Source of the DNA: Macrostomum lignano
Lineage: Eukaryota
Assembly (NCBI GenBank): GCA_002269645.1
Contig: NIVC01001095.1
Coordinates: 1 to 64,000, forward strand
Direction of reading: 5' to 3'
DNA length: 64,000 bases
Made by a program: the position numbers and the translations under genes
The notes under the pieces: model-generated
What the model was told of the DNA's origin: nothing
The model's database searches: none
The model's input: only the letters and a program-made list of their open reading frames with translations
In this document: positions 47,478-61,099 of the stretch, piece after piece
How positions within the stretch are numbered: the first letter of the stretch is position 1
Layout: each line of letters starts with the position of its first letter

Positions 47478-50400
47478 TTGATTTTCATGCAGCACCTTCA
47501 GCCAAATAGGCTTACCAAAAAACTGCTGTGCAACCAGTCGAATGACTCAACCCATCTCGATCCTACAGTTTTGTATAACGACAATCTTACACTGGAAAAC
47601 AGATTGTCCGAACTTTTCCAGCCTGTGCGGACTGTTAAGCAAGCCATGCCTATAGTGCAGCAGGAAGTTCAACCGGCCGATGGGGTTGACGTTGATTGCT
47701 TGAAGAAAATGGAGGATAACCTGACAGAGCTGGAACAGGAGTCGCAGAGCCTGTTTCAGAAGAAAATGCGATTGATGAAGGCGGAGCAACAGAGAAAGAC
47801 AGAGAAGATAGAGGAAAAGCCTCGTCCGAAGAGAAGTGACAAGGAGATGAGGATTCTTGAAGTTGAAAAGGAGACAAAAAGACTAATCAAGCACAATGAA
47901 GAGCAAAAACAGTTGATACGTGAAATGGAACAGCGGCAAGAGGCTTCGAAAGAGCAAGCAGAAGAAAATGATTCTGTCTCCTCCGAGGAAAGCCAGGAAT
48001 CCGAACAGCATGATCCAACTATAGATGCTGATGAAGAGGTAGCGCAGATGATGGCGTTGGCCCTAGGTTTTAACCAGGTTGACCGCACAGCTGAACCCGT
48101 CTGGGCCGAGTGGAACGACAAGTCAGATGACGACCCCATGATTACTGATAACCCTAACGAGGTCAGTGAGTTTTGCTCTGATTTGATGAACAGTTTTGGA
48201 AGTGCATTCGAATCGCTTAAGCGCCGTGGTTATTACGATTCAAAAGATGATATTGACAGCGAGCTGATTAGAGACTACAAAGCGATGATTGCCAACAAGG
48301 ACGATTTAAAATGTTTATTTGGGATCGGCAAGTGCGGTCCCAACAAGAAGCTTGACTGTCCCGTTCATACTCGTTCGGGTGCAGGTTTCAAATCAGGTGC
48401 CTTTTGCTGTCCTGGTTCAAGCAAAGATAAGCAATCAGCACCGTCAGCTCAGTCTGATGATCATAAATCAACGTTTCGAGATGCTCAGTCATCTTCATCT
48501 CTCCAGCAACCATCAACAGCTCGAGGTGCCCGATATTCTTCATCTCAGCAGCATCAATCAACAGCTCGAGGTGCCCGATATTCTTCATCTCAGCAGCATC
48601 AATCAACAGCTCGAGGTGCCCGATATTCTTCATCTGAGCAGCATCAATCAACAGCTCCAGATGCTCAGTCGTCTTCATCTCGCCAGCATCAGTCAACAAC
48701 CCGAGATGCTCAGTCATCTTTATCTCACCAGCATCAGTCAACAGCTCGAGATGCTCAGTCGTCTTCAACTCGTGAACATCGAACTGAAAAATTACAGCCA
48801 TCAATTTGCGATCTGCCGGCGTCGACGCCACCTGGTCAAATGATTCTTTCAACGCCACCACAGGATCAGCCGATTCCATCGACGCCACCTGATCGAATCA
48901 TTCTTTCGACGCCACCGGGTCAAATAATTCTTTCGACGCCACCGGGTCAAATAATTCTTTCGACGCCACCGGGTCAAATAATTCTTTCGACGCCACCTCA
49001 GGATCGGCCGATTCCATCGACCCCTCCTAATCAGCTGATTCCGCCTTCGTCAAAAATGAATCCACAGCCGCCAACATCGTCTATTGGGTCGCCACCTAAA
49101 AAGCGTGATCGACCGGCGCAGCTTAAAGACTTGCTTTACGGATACAGTTCATCAATCTGCGAATTCTTCGAGCACGATGCTGAGTGCAAAAATCTTGTAT
49201 CTGATTGTCAAAAGCGAGAGTCGTCTGCACGTGATTCTACGGCCGAAACTGGTATTCAGCATGCCCATAAAGGGGATATCCTCAAACCTGTCCCAGTTAG
49301 GCAAAAGCAACGTGGAATGCCAAGAAAGGTTATGAATCTGAACTCAAACGAAGCTAATGCTCCGGAATATCGACGGCGTGGCCCAAACGAAAGGTATTAT
49401 GAAAGTATGAATCCAAGTGCGGACTATCATTACCAGGAACGTAGTCCAAGTCGTCATAAACATTCAAGTCCACATCGACGACAGGATCCAAGACAACATC
49501 ATGGATATCCAAGTCCGAAGCGTCATCGAGACTATCCAAGCCAGAGTCATCATCACCAGCATCGGAGCCCGAATTGTTCAAATCGTCAGCGGGATTCGAA
49601 CCAAAGCGCTAGTCATGAATATCCAGTTTCGAGTCGTCACCACAGATTTCCGAATTCCAGACGTCATCACGAATCTCCAAGCCCGACTCGTCTTCATGGA
49701 TCTCCAAGCCTCAGACGTCCTAACGGATATCTTAGCCCGATCCGTCCTCATGGATATCCTAGCCCGATTCGTCCTCACGGATATCATAGCCCGATCCGTC
49801 CTCGTGGGTATCCTGGTCCAATCCGTCCTCACGGATCTCCAAGCTCCAGGCGTCCTCACGTATCTCCAAGCTCCAGGCGTCCTCACGTATCTCCAAGCTC
49901 CAGGCGTCCTCATGGATCTCCAAGCTCCAGGCGTCCTCACGGATCTCTAAGCTCCAGGCGTCCTCATGAATCTCCAAGCTCCAGACGTCCTCAAAGATCT
50001 CCAAGCCCGAGACGTCATTACGGATCCCCCAGCTCCAGGCGTCCTCACAGATATCCAAGCCCGCTACGTCATCACGGATCACCAAGCCCGAGTCGCCATC
50101 ACGGATATCGTAGCCCGCTACGTCATCACGGATCTCCAAGCCCGAGTCGCCATCACGGATATCGTAGCCCGCTACGTCATCACGGATCTCCAAGCCCGAG
50201 TCGTCATCACGGATCTCCAAGTCCGAGTCGTCATCACGGATCTCCAAGTCCGAGTCGTCATCACGGATCTCCAAGTCCGAGTCGTCATCACGGATCTCCA
50301 AGCCCGAGTCGTCAGCACGGATCTCCAAGCCCGAGTCGTCAGCACGGATCTCCAAGCCTGAGCTGTCATCGCGGATATCCTAGCCCGAGCCGTCATCGCG

Positions 50401-51215
50401 GATATCCTAGCCCGAGCCGTCGTCGTGATCCGAGCCCAAATCTTCACCAACAGCGGTCAAGCAAGGTAAACATTATAAATCCGCACTCATCCGGTGCCGT
50501 CTCATCTAACCATCGCTCTCGCTCTGACAATCGCGCTAGGCATCGCAGCAGTCATGACAGTCATTGTAGCATTGACTCGCACGCTACTAGCATCGCTGAG
50601 AGCTACTCAAACAGCCAGCAAAGTCGGAATCATCGGCGCCTCGACGAAAAGAGAACAGAGCAGGGCCTTAAACGTCGCAATTCGATCGATTATCAAATTG
50701 GTGCAGATTGGATAACTCGCTTAATGACGGGCTGCAGTGGCCAGACTAACGGTTCTGACATTGAAGCTTCGCGCTATTTGGACAGTAGAAGTAACAGAGA
50801 GATCGGAAACGACGCCAGAAGTAGAAGCGATCGCTTTAACAAAAGAGATCACAATACTATGAGAAACGATGGAACTGGTCGCTGTCGAACTCGCGAGAGT
50901 AGTGCTAGATACGTTGACAAAAAATATAATAATTCACCAGTTGGCCGCTACGTCGCTGCCAACGATGCCAGCTTGCTAGGAGACATCGACAGCGAAGTTG
51001 GCGCGACTTCGTCCAAATCCAGCGATTCTAGCCGCCGTCCGGAGATTTACTGGAAAGTTACCAAAGTGCCCAACGAGCCGGGCGCGGCCGCTAAATTCGT
51101 TGCTGAATTGAACGCCGCCAATGAGAATGGCGGAGCCGATCCAAATAATATTGACGAGCCTCTCGTACTGCACACTATTCAGGTGTCTACGCCGAAATGT
51201 CTGCGGTCCGGCTAG
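47478..51215 (+). CDS. Large low-complexity protein (coiled-coil N-terminus, Ser/Gln and Pro repeats, long H-G-S-P-S-x-R repeat region); no recognised domain
   Basis: 3.7-kb stop-free frame extending well beyond the internal repeats, in an AT-rich surround. Acceptor ttag|CC at 47457/47458 (phase 1); a possible upstream mini-exon 47068-47113 is phase-compatible. Confidence 0.75.
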   Translation: MIFMQHLQPNRLTKKLLCNQSNDSTHLDPTVLYNDNLTLENRLSELFQPVRTVKQAMPIVQQEVQPADGVDVDCLKKMEDNLTELEQESQSLFQKKMRLMKAEQQRKTEKIEEKPRPKRSDKEMRILEVEKETKRLIKHNEEQKQLIREMEQRQEASKEQAEENDSVSSEESQESEQHDPTIDADEEVAQMMALALGFNQVDRTAEPVWAEWNDKSDDDPMITDNPNEVSEFCSDLMNSFGSAFESLKRRGYYDSKDDIDSELIRDYKAMIANKDDLKCLFGIGKCGPNKKLDCPVHTRSGAGFKSGAFCCPGSSKDKQSAPSAQSDDHKSTFRDAQSSSSLQQPSTARGARYSSSQQHQSTARGARYSSSQQHQSTARGARYSSSEQHQSTAPDAQSSSSRQHQSTTRDAQSSLSHQHQSTARDAQSSSTREHRTEKLQPSICDLPASTPPGQMILSTPPQDQPIPSTPPDRIILSTPPGQIILSTPPGQIILSTPPGQIILSTPPQDRPIPSTPPNQLIPPSSKMNPQPPTSSIGSPPKKRDRPAQLKDLLYGYSSSICEFFEHDAECKNLVSDCQKRESSARDSTAETGIQHAHKGDILKPVPVRQKQRGMPRKVMNLNSNEANAPEYRRRGPNERYYESMNPSADYHYQERSPSRHKHSSPHRRQDPRQHHGYPSPKRHRDYPSQSHHHQHRSPNCSNRQRDSNQSASHEYPVSSRHHRFPNSRRHHESPSPTRLHGSPSLRRPNGYLSPIRPHGYPSPIRPHGYHSPIRPRGYPGPIRPHGSPSSRRPHVSPSSRRPHVSPSSRRPHGSPSSRRPHGSLSSRRPHESPSSRRPQRSPSPRRHYGSPSSRRPHRYPSPLRHHGSPSPSRHHGYRSPLRHHGSPSPSRHHGYRSPLRHHGSPSPSRHHGSPSPSRHHGSPSPSRHHGSPSPSRHHGSPSPSRQHGSPSPSRQHGSPSLSCHRGYPSPSRHRGYPSPSRRRDPSPNLHQQRSSKVNIINPHSSGAVSSNHRSRSDNRARHRSSHDSHCSIDSHATSIAESYSNSQQSRNHRRLDEKRTEQGLKRRNSIDYQIGADWITRLMTGCSGQTNGSDIEASRYLDSRSNREIGNDARSRSDRFNKRDHNTMRNDGTGRCRTRESSARYVDKKYNNSPVGRYVAANDASLLGDIDSEVGATSSKSSDSSRRPEIYWKVTKVPNEPGAAAKFVAELNAANENGGADPNNIDEPLVLHTIQVSTPKCLRSG

Positions 51216-52489
51216 TAGAGAAGAGAAAGACAGCAAAGCGGAGAGCAATGCAGTCGACATCAGAGAGTGGTTTGGTAGTTTAATTAACTCTAGTATCGAA
51301 AATTTATGGAATATTCAGTTAGTTTTTTCTGACAGTTTCTTAGTTCTTTTATTTTAGAATGTTTTTGGCGTGCAAAGCCATAAAAAAGAACACTTTTTTG
51401 TTTGAATAACCCTTGGCCAGTCCACAGTAGGTAGGATTTTTGTTATTTTTCATTAAAATACGCTAAAGTCAATATGACAAGAACAATCACGCTCGTACAT
51501 GCGCAATACCCAGCCGAGTTGGCTGGCTGGCGAGAGGCCCAGCCAAGGTAAGTGGCAAAAGTGCCCACCGAAGCAATACAGACGAAGTACTAATTAGACG
51601 ACAAGGCATTTAGCCTTAATTATACAGCTATAGTTACTCCTGCCGTTGACTCAAAATTCCTTTAGTTTTGCTTAGGTTTCTTTCATAACTAAGTCGCTAT
51701 TTTGGTCAAAAGTCGCACGGCCGCTGTAAATCGGGGGGGGGGGGTTGCGCATGTATGAGAACAATACTCGAAAGCATTAAAAATGACAAGAATCTAATTA
51801 GTAGTTTATTAGTTACTCATTGTTATAAATAGAATTTCTGATTTCCTAATTTATTATAAAGTGTTGCCAACGCGATTTCAATTAGCTGTTGGTTTTTTAC
51901 AGTCTTCCCTGAAATGCTTGACTTGTTTAATAAATTTATTATGTCAACAGTCATTGGTTACATAAAGTATCTCTGTGTGTTGCTGGGCATTGTTTATTTC
52001 TGAAATCTGAAATGATCTAAAATTCAAAAATAATATTTTGTTACTTAATACTTTGTTGTTAATAATTCGTCGCTATGAAATTCCAACCCTGATGGGTTTT
52101 GTTATGCTTTTTCCTAATACTTTTTTTTCGTTTCTTTCAGTTTATTTTTCTAGTTTATTGTTTTTTCCAGTTTATTGTTTACAAGTAATCTTACGCTAGT
52201 ACTCTTTCATGGCGGTTTTTCCTGCTGAGTAATACATTGGTTGGTGCAAGCTTTTCACAGCGTATTTAGAAAATTTAGCCATTGAGTTGGAAAGATTTTG
52301 TCGGGAGTCTGTCTGAGCAGAATTTTCTAGGATTTTGGATGAAAATATGTTTTGATCCAGTCTCCGTGTTTCACAGTTGTTATTTCTTTACTGAAGATAA
52401 TCTGAATTGGGCACTGTACAATTTCTATTCAAAATCATCAGGCTCATCTGTGTTGTTTAACCTGGTGCAAGGATCATCGCAGCAGTTCA

Positions 52490-52895
52490 CCAATATTTAG
52501 ATCATCAGTGCAGTTCACCAATATCCCAGATCGCCACAACAGTTCACCAATACCCCAGATCGCCACAACAGTTCACCAATATCCCCGAAAGCCACAACAG
52601 TTCACCAATATCCCCGAAAGCCACAACAATTCACCAATTTCCCCTAAAGCCACAACAGTTCACCAATATCCCCGAAAGCCACAACAGTTCACCAATATCC
52701 CCGAAAGCCACAACAGTTCAACAATTACCCCAGATCGCCACAACAGTTCACCAATATCCCCGAAAGCCACAACATTTCACCAATATCCCCGAAAGCCACA
52801 ACAGTTCAACAATTACCCCAGATCGCCACAACAGTTCACCAATATCCCAGATCACCACAACAATTCACCAATTTCCCCTAAAGCCACAACAGTTC
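52490..52895. repeat. About 29-bp minisatellite
   Basis: CAGTTCACCAATATCCCCGAAAGCCACAA units. Confidence 0.9.
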
Positions 52896-54868
52896 ACCAA
52901 TATTCCAGGTTCTCAATTTGATTCACCTAACGATTTTATAGTTTATTAGCTTATTAGATACAAAAGTGTAGTGATAGGCTAGCTTGTATTTTGCTTGGGA
53001 AAAGAAGATCGCAGAAGATTGAAATGTGCCAAACTAGAAACTATATATCATTGACCTTGACTGGCCTGTAACAGATAGGATCAAGAAATAGTTACCCTAA
53101 AGCTGGGGTTAGCAGCACTGAAATCCCGTTGAATTGGCGCTCCCTTTGCTGATTATCAAGCATCTGTGGGTCCATTCTGCATGCAGTTTCACTCCTATAT
53201 CTTTCTCCCCATGCCCATCCTCTCTGCAGCCTCTCAGCATATCGAAATCCACTCGCGCCAAAACCTGCGTTCTGGGTGTGTTTAGTGCGGCGCATCAACC
53301 TACTGGAGGCCACGTACATTTTATACAAAATCATTCCGCCATATGCATATAAGAAGTTCTAATTTGCATATAATGCTATATATTGCATGATTCTGATCGA
53401 TTAGTTAACAGTTGCCGTAAACTGTTAACTAAGCATGTACTCGTACCGGTGTATTATACGTCTAATATCTATATACGAGTAATATTCTAATCCGACTCTA
53501 CAAACTGGTAGATTCCGTAAGTCCACGCATCGCACTGCACTTCATCCTAGTTTTATGCATACAGAATATGCAGCGGCATCCGCTAGCAGCCTAACAACCT
53601 GCTACATCACTACATGCGGTGTAATAACTGACAGGCCCTTATATACCCATGTATAAGCAGCAGCGAATATACTAGTATAGTTTATGACTCTGATACAACC
53701 TTCGAAATTTGAATATGTATACGCGAGTTATGCGCGTTATGCACTATCGGACTGAAGGAACAGTATTTTTATGATTACACTGAAATAATGAGGTTGGCTG
53801 CTGTTTGCCTTAGTTACGGTTGCTGTAGCTATAGCAAATTTGAACGCTTCTTCCACTGGCTGCAACCGTGCAATGCCATCATAAATAATAGTACACAGCT
53901 TTTTCTCTACTATTATTGTACACAATTGTCATAGCCTATATTTATTTTTTTCTTTTGTTAGTCTGAATTCGAAATTAATTTGTTAGTCGAAGGCTTGAGG
54001 GTGCAAAGTAAATAGTGCCCGGAAAATAGCGTGCTTTATCAGAATCTCATATAGAGCATGTATAGCTCGTATATAATTCCCATAGACAAATGGTTGAAAA
54101 ATAAAGCCCGCAACTTGACTAACTGCTTGGAATAGCGGCATAGGTGTAGGAACGGGGGGGCCAGTGGGGCCACCATGGCCCCCCACTTTTTAAAATGGGG
54201 GGACAGTAATGGTATCTGGCTTCTTGCTTCTTTTTGGTTTTTGCTGCTTTGCATGAATGCATTTTGCTGCAGGGCGACAAAACATGGCGCCTGCAGCGCC
54301 AAAATGAGTGCCTGCGGCGCTAAGATGAGTGCCTGCGGCGCTTTATAAAATGAGTGTTGACAAGATGAATTCTGAAAATAATCGGTACATGATAATGTGC
54401 ATTTTCCATATAAAAAATATAACTCGACGGGGGTTTGCGCCCCCCCCTAAATCCGTCACTGAACCTGGCCCTAGGGGTCCCAATCCCGGGATCCCGGCTT
54501 TTTGTTAGTGTACGGGATCCCGGGATTAGGGGTCCGGGATCCCGGTAAACACGGGATTGGAATTTACACTTTGCAGAAGTGAATATGTTTCGTCTTGCAA
54601 TTAGCACTCAACAGTTTTGGGAGAATTTTTGCATCCTGAGAATGAAGTTATAGAATGAAGGACAGTAGGACTATCAATCAACTCATTCAACTGTATCAAG
54701 CACTACTAGTCACTAGACTAAGGGGTCTGACTCTAGTCTAGACTCTAACTGTCTAAGTGGCGATGGCCTGGACACTGGGCCCACTGGCCCGGGCCCCGCC
54801 GCAGTGCACAGGCGCAGCTAAGGAAGGGAAAGGGGAAAATGGGGGTGGGGTGCGGACTGGGTTCTGAG

Positions 54869-55743
54869 TAGGGATTCCAATCCCGGGATCCCGGGATTGG
54901 GGCCAAAAATCCGGGATTGAATCCCGGGATTTTTTTGGGAATCGAATCCCGGGATTTTTAATCCCGGGATTGCAAAAGACCGGGATCGGGATCCCGGGAT
55001 TTCAAGGCCTTAATCCCGGGATTGGTCCGGGATTAGAACGACCTTTCAATGCCTAAATTAGATAATTTAAAGTCTAAACGTTTATTTGAATAATAAAACA
55101 TTTATTTGTTTTTGCTGTTTCTCAATGAAACGTTAAACATTTGCAAAGCTCCTGTCCTAATTGAGCTAAAAATTGTTAATGTGAACTGTAAATGATAGAT
55201 AATTTTAACTTTTTTTCGTTTTCTACCACGAGACGAGACTGAGGGCCTTTTCATATTGCTTGCTCTGGTTCCAGAACAAGAACCAATTTGTGAAGTATAA
55301 ACTTTTTGTCTCCATAACTAGAGGGAGATACGTGCTATAAAGTTTTTATTATTGAATGACAGTCGCCAAGAAGAAAGTGAAAAATCGTGCAAAGTGAGGC
55401 TGTTAAGGCAGTCAAATATTAACAGAGTTTAATAGTTATAATGCTGTTTTTCTTCGAATTCCGAACCGATTCTGGTTCTGGAATTGGTAATATGAAAAGG
55501 CCCTGAGACTCTGAGAGTCGCGAGACCATGACTACTGCACGCGGCACGCCGCACAGTCCGTCTAGCAATTTAGGGATTCCAATCCCGGGATCCCGGGATT
55601 GGGGCCAAAAATCCGGGATTTGAATCCCGGGATTTTTTTGGGAATCGAATCCCGGGATTTTTAATCCCGGGATTGCAAAAGCACCGGGATTTCGGGACTA
55701 TTCAATCCCGGGATTGTAAAATGTCGGGATTTTGGAATCCCTA
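54869..55743. mobile_element. Third-level hAT-like element (TAGGG family)
   Basis: 12-bp perfect TIR TAGGGATTCCAA/TTGGAATCCCTA; TSD GTTCTGAG at 54861-54868 and 55744-55751; an extra internal left end at 55571. Confidence 0.88.
55243..55503. mobile_element. Fourth-level PIF/Harbinger-like MITE
   Basis: 15-bp perfect TIR GGGCCTTTTCATATT/AATATGAAAAGGCCC with a 3-bp TSD TGA. Confidence 0.75.
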
Positions 55744-56783
55744 GTTCTGAGTCTGAGTCTCTGTGTGTGTGCGTGTGAGGTGGTCTGTGTTGGGGGCAGA
55801 GAGAGGCACCAGCGCAGCGTATACGGTCCTAATCCGAGGGGAGAGGGTGTAGTTTTGTGTGTATGTACAACTAACAACTACATGTAACTTCAACTATTTT
55901 ATCAATGCAGTTCTACTCGTATAAGCTAGAAATAGAAATTAGAAACCTAAATGATGCTCAAATTGGTTGAGAAATTGTTTTGTGGACAATGGGAAAGCTT
56001 CCCGTAAATTTGTTTGTTCAATCCCGGGATTGGCCCGGGATCCCGGGATTGGGTCAATTTTTTGTCCGGGATCCCGGGATTGTAAAATGTCCGGGATTTG
56101 GGATCCCTACCTGGCCCCCACTTTTTGAAACGTTCCTACGCCTATGAATAGCGGGCAATATAAGGCTCGCACCATGCTCTATTACAAAGGAGTTCATAAG
56201 TAGCTATATAATAAGCAAATAAAGCTTTGATAGCTAGCCAGCTAGTTAGTCCGTTAGTGAGTTACAGTGTAGTTAGCTGTATTACTCGCATGATAGACTT
56301 GCTATTAACAGTCTGTTAAGCTATTTATTTTTACGCATATAGCAGCTTCTGCCTTCTCGTACTTTAAAGATTTGTCTATTTTGTTTCTTTAACCCGAGTT
56401 TTCCTAAGTGTTTCATTATAGAGGCGTTCTATTATAGTAATTACTCTACATATTATGAGAGTAATAATAGTCTGATTCTTTCCCTCTCACCCCCTTACCC
56501 TTTGACCACAATGTACATCAATACCGCCTTAATCTATCCACCTCTCTCCCACACCCTTAACCCAACCCCAGGCCTCCTTATAAATGTACATTATAGGGAC
56601 CGTTAACTTGTACCAGACTGTTCAGTGTAAATTGATTTTAACTTAAACCAGACAGCCCAATCCTCTCTCCCGAAAATTTTAATCTAAATTGGCTAGCCTT
56701 CTCTTCCTTTCGGGTCCGTCGTAATTTTAACGCCTCTCTAATCCATCCGATTGTTTATCACCGGACTACGGGCCGCCGCTTAA

Positions 56784-57359
<576 letters not shown>

Positions 57360-60300
57360 TAGCAGAAGCAGAGCATTTCGCAAGCAGAAAATTTCACGCT
57401 TCGCCAAGTTTCTTCAACTCGAATTTCTCGAACCAACTCGCCGTTCATATGTGCTCTGATTGATCACGCCGCCCCGACGGAATTCTGGGGGTTTGGGGAT
57501 TTTTTCTGAGTTTGTTTCCCACCCGAGATCCAAGTTTGCCCAAGGGGTCAGTTGGGGCACGCAAGCAAAAGCTGCCAAGTGGAACAGACTTAAGGATTTT
57601 TCGAGTTTTTTTCCAAACTAAAACTTCGAAGGCGCGGGTAGTTGGCGAGAGAAAGTCGTGAGTTAGTGGGGGAAGCCTTGGGTCGAATATAAAACCAGTT
57701 GTGTAGAAGGAAGCTGAGATCGGAATTGAACATCGAAACTCACTTGAGACTTATAAAAGTCTAGTATATCATCGCAAAGCCGATTTTTAGCCTAATCTAT
57801 ATACTGATGAGTGAGTTCTCTACTGCTCAAGGCATAGATTGAGACTGCTCTAGACCGCCGGGTTTTAAAGTTTACAGCCACGCATAATATTGACTGATTC
57901 CACCTGGTTAAAGTGGCTGAGCATTCCCCGCGGGTTTGGGATCTCTACGAACTTATATTCAATATCTATAGGATAGGAAGGGGAAGGGCTTTGATGAAGG
58001 ACATCGTTCGAAGGAATCCCGAACCAAGTGTGCCGCTTCACTGTAAAAAATCAATGAGACCTTGGCGATGCTGTGTCTGCGTGTTTTTTCTTCTCTCTTC
58101 TCTCCTCTCTTGGTCTTCACTCTTCACATGGGAAAGTTCGTTTCTCCCAATGCTTAGTTGATCGAACTGGAGTTGGCGTTGTTGTTGCTGTGCTCTGTGC
58201 AATCTCGGCTCAGTTTATTATATGGTAAGTCCATTTTTTCTTCGATTCAGACTTGCTCGAGTGCCACTTCACTTGTCTAGAGCATTGTACAGCTTGTGTG
58301 TGTCACTGCCCGCTTGTTGTGACAGCCATCTGCTGTTGTGCTTATCGGAAATTCTGTGTCTCTAAGATGCTTAAAACTCCATATTCCATCTCACCTTCCA
58401 TCTCATCTTCCATCACCTATCTCATCTCCTCTCTCCTATCTTATTTTCCATCTTATCTCCCATCTTATCTCCTATCTCCCATCTCCCATCTCATTTCCCA
58501 TTTCCCATCTCATTTTCTATCTCACATATCGTCTCCCGTCACCCGTCTTATCTTCATCCAATCTTCCATCTCATCTTCCACCCCATCTTCCATCTCATCT
58601 CATCCTCCATCTCTTAACTCAGCAATTCAATTTAATCTAATCTTCAATCTCCCATCTCATCTTCCATCTCTCATCTTATCTCCCATCTCCGATCCTATTT
58701 TCCATCTCCCAGCTCCCTTCTCAGGCTCTCACCCTGTCCCCATTTAAAGAACGATTCGTTCTTTTTTATTTAATAGGCTAACGAGCCTACATGCGTGTAT
58801 CAGAAAGTCCAAAAATATTGGCAACCGATTCCAGTATTAGCGAAAATTGTTTCAATTGGAATTAGGATTTGGAAAACCTGACTGACTGGGGCCTGACCGG
58901 CTGACCCCCCCCCCCCATCATCGCACGCCAAAGCATAATGCGGAATTCTCATAGGCAAACCCAACGTTACCGATGTTTGACGTAGTGGAGGAGAATAAGG
59001 ATAGAGAGAGAGAGAGAGAGAGAAAGAGAAACTGAAGAAGAAGACGGAGCGAGGCGTGGAAGCTGTAGAGAACCTCGGAATTGGCTTGGGCATTCGCCTC
59101 ATCCCAGGCCATGCATATTTGATGGCCCAGCTCTCTCTCTCTCTGCTCTTGCCCGGCGACCCCTTCACCCCAGCTCCTCTTTTTTAGGCTGGTCTTTTCT
59201 CCAAATTACCGAGCACCCGTCGCCATCTCTTTTGCCTCCTCTCCTTTCTATTCATATGCCTGCAGCCGCTGGGCGGTGCTTTCGGGTTTCGATTATGGGG
59301 GAGCTACACAGATGGAGGCGGAGTGATGTATTTCGATGCATAGAGCCAATTACCACACAGAATTGAAATTCAACAACTTTCATGGTTTGCCTGACGCTGA
59401 AGGAGATACGCAGAGATAATCAAACGCATTGCTCCAGGCCTTGTTCACCTCGTGATGGGCGTGATGCTCTATTAGCATTTTTATTTATAGCTCGTAATTA
59501 ACTTCAAGTCTCTGTAGCTGTTGCACTCTCTCGTTTAATTCTTAATCTTGACCTTCACTGTCCCTTCTCACTTTTCCGTCATCCCGCTCTCTTCACTGTT
59601 CCCTTCTCACTTTTCCGCCATCCCGCTCTCCCATCTCTCATCTTACCTTCTTCCCTCTCCCATCTCATATCTTGTTTCCCTTCTTCCCTCTCCCATCTCA
59701 TATCTTGTTTCCCTTCTCCCCTCTCTCATCTCGCTCCCATCTCTCCTCTCTCATCTCTCATCTCCCTCCCCTCTCCCATCTCGCTCCTTTCTCCTATCTC
59801 CCCTCTCTCATTTCGCTCCCTTCTCCCATCTCCCCTCTCCCATCTCTCTCCTATCTCCCATCTCTCCCATTTTCCCCTCCCATCTCCTCTCCCTTCTCTT
59901 CTCCCATCTCCCCCCTCTTTTATCTCCCCACTCTCCTATCTCCCGTCTCCTATCTCCCTCTCCCATCTCCTCACTCTCACATCTCCCCTCCCCCGTCCCC
60001 TCTCTCCCATTTCAGGCTCTTGTCTCAGATGTGAGATACCTCAGCTCTATTATCCAGTTCACCAGTCTTTCAAATACTTATCTCCCCTCCAGTCAATATT
60101 CTCTCTATGTTTTACATTTAGTAGTCTACATTTTTTCTCCTACATCTTACTTTATTTCTGGCCTAAATGCACTAAACCGAATCAAAATGCACGCGACATT
60201 GTAATCAGAAACTGGAAGGTCACTTTTGTTTAGTTTATCTCAAGTTATGATTATTAATAAATCACCTTAGATTTGATTAGTATAGTAAAATTGAAGGAAC

Positions 60301-61099
60301 TGTAGTGTTCTGTTCTGTTTGAGCATCTTAGAGATTCCAGTGTGGTTCCTGCCGGAATCCGAGGAAAATTGAGGCCAAGGGTTATAATAAAGAAAAGTGA
60401 GTAGTAGGCTGTGTGGTAGCAGCGGGTCTGAGGTTTTGCGAATAGAAAGGGAAATTGAGCACAGCGTCTCCCGTATGCTTAACCTGCATCAAGAGAGAGA
60501 GAGAAACAGTCTGAGCCCTATGGTGTACAGCAATTCTTGGCTAACATGTCTGGCATTGTAGAAAATGGACAAGAAAATGAAGAGCTGCGGAAATGACATA
60601 GAGAGGGAGGGAGACTTTGCTTGAAGTAGAGCATATAGCATTGGGCTTTTTTCTTGCTTAACTGCTGCTTCTTGGCTTAAGCTTCCGCAGCCTTGGTTTC
60701 CTCTCCTCTCAACGTCTTCTCGGCTCAGATTCCCTCAGATTTTTCTAGTCCCTCTACAGCTCTTCAGCTGGTGAAAGTGAAGTGTAAAAAAGTTCTAATT
60801 TACTGATTTCAACTAAATTTACTTAATTCACAGTCAGTAATTTGGCATGCTAGGGGAGATAGATACGATTAATAAAGAGAAGATGAAGATGAATAAAAAT
60901 CGTAAGCTGCGCCGTCCCCCTCCGGAGAGTCCACAAGGTGGATGGTCGCTCGCCCGGTAGGCAGAGATTCTTGGGCATTCTTAACACCGAAGAGGCAGAA
61001 TGGGCATTCCTCAATGCGGATTTTCCCTGGAGGAAAATAGGGAATTTTATTTAGAAATATAGTTTGTTTGTAGTTTAATTTAGTTAGTTTTTTATTAGA

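Larger units (their letters stand above)
54472..56109. mobile_element. Second-level hAT-like element (TAGGG family)
   Basis: TAGGGGTCCCA...TGGGATCCCTA; TSD CCTGGCCC at 54464-54471 and 56110-56117. Confidence 0.88.
54139..56146. mobile_element. Outer hAT-like element of a nested cluster
   Basis: TIR CATAGGTGTAGGAACG / CGTTCCTACGCCTATG; 8-bp TSD AATAGCGG at 54131-54138 and 56147-56154. Confidence 0.9.

Noticed and set aside
48319-50450. Overlapping alternative-frame ORFs within the 1245-aa ORF
   Set aside because: By-products of 27-, 30- and 42-bp coding repeats; only one frame stays open across the non-repetitive parts.
57730-57830. Hammerhead ribozyme (GAAAC...CTGATGA)
   Set aside because: CTCAC after GAAA pairs with GTGAG after CTGATGA, which is the wrong topology; stems I and III could not be built.
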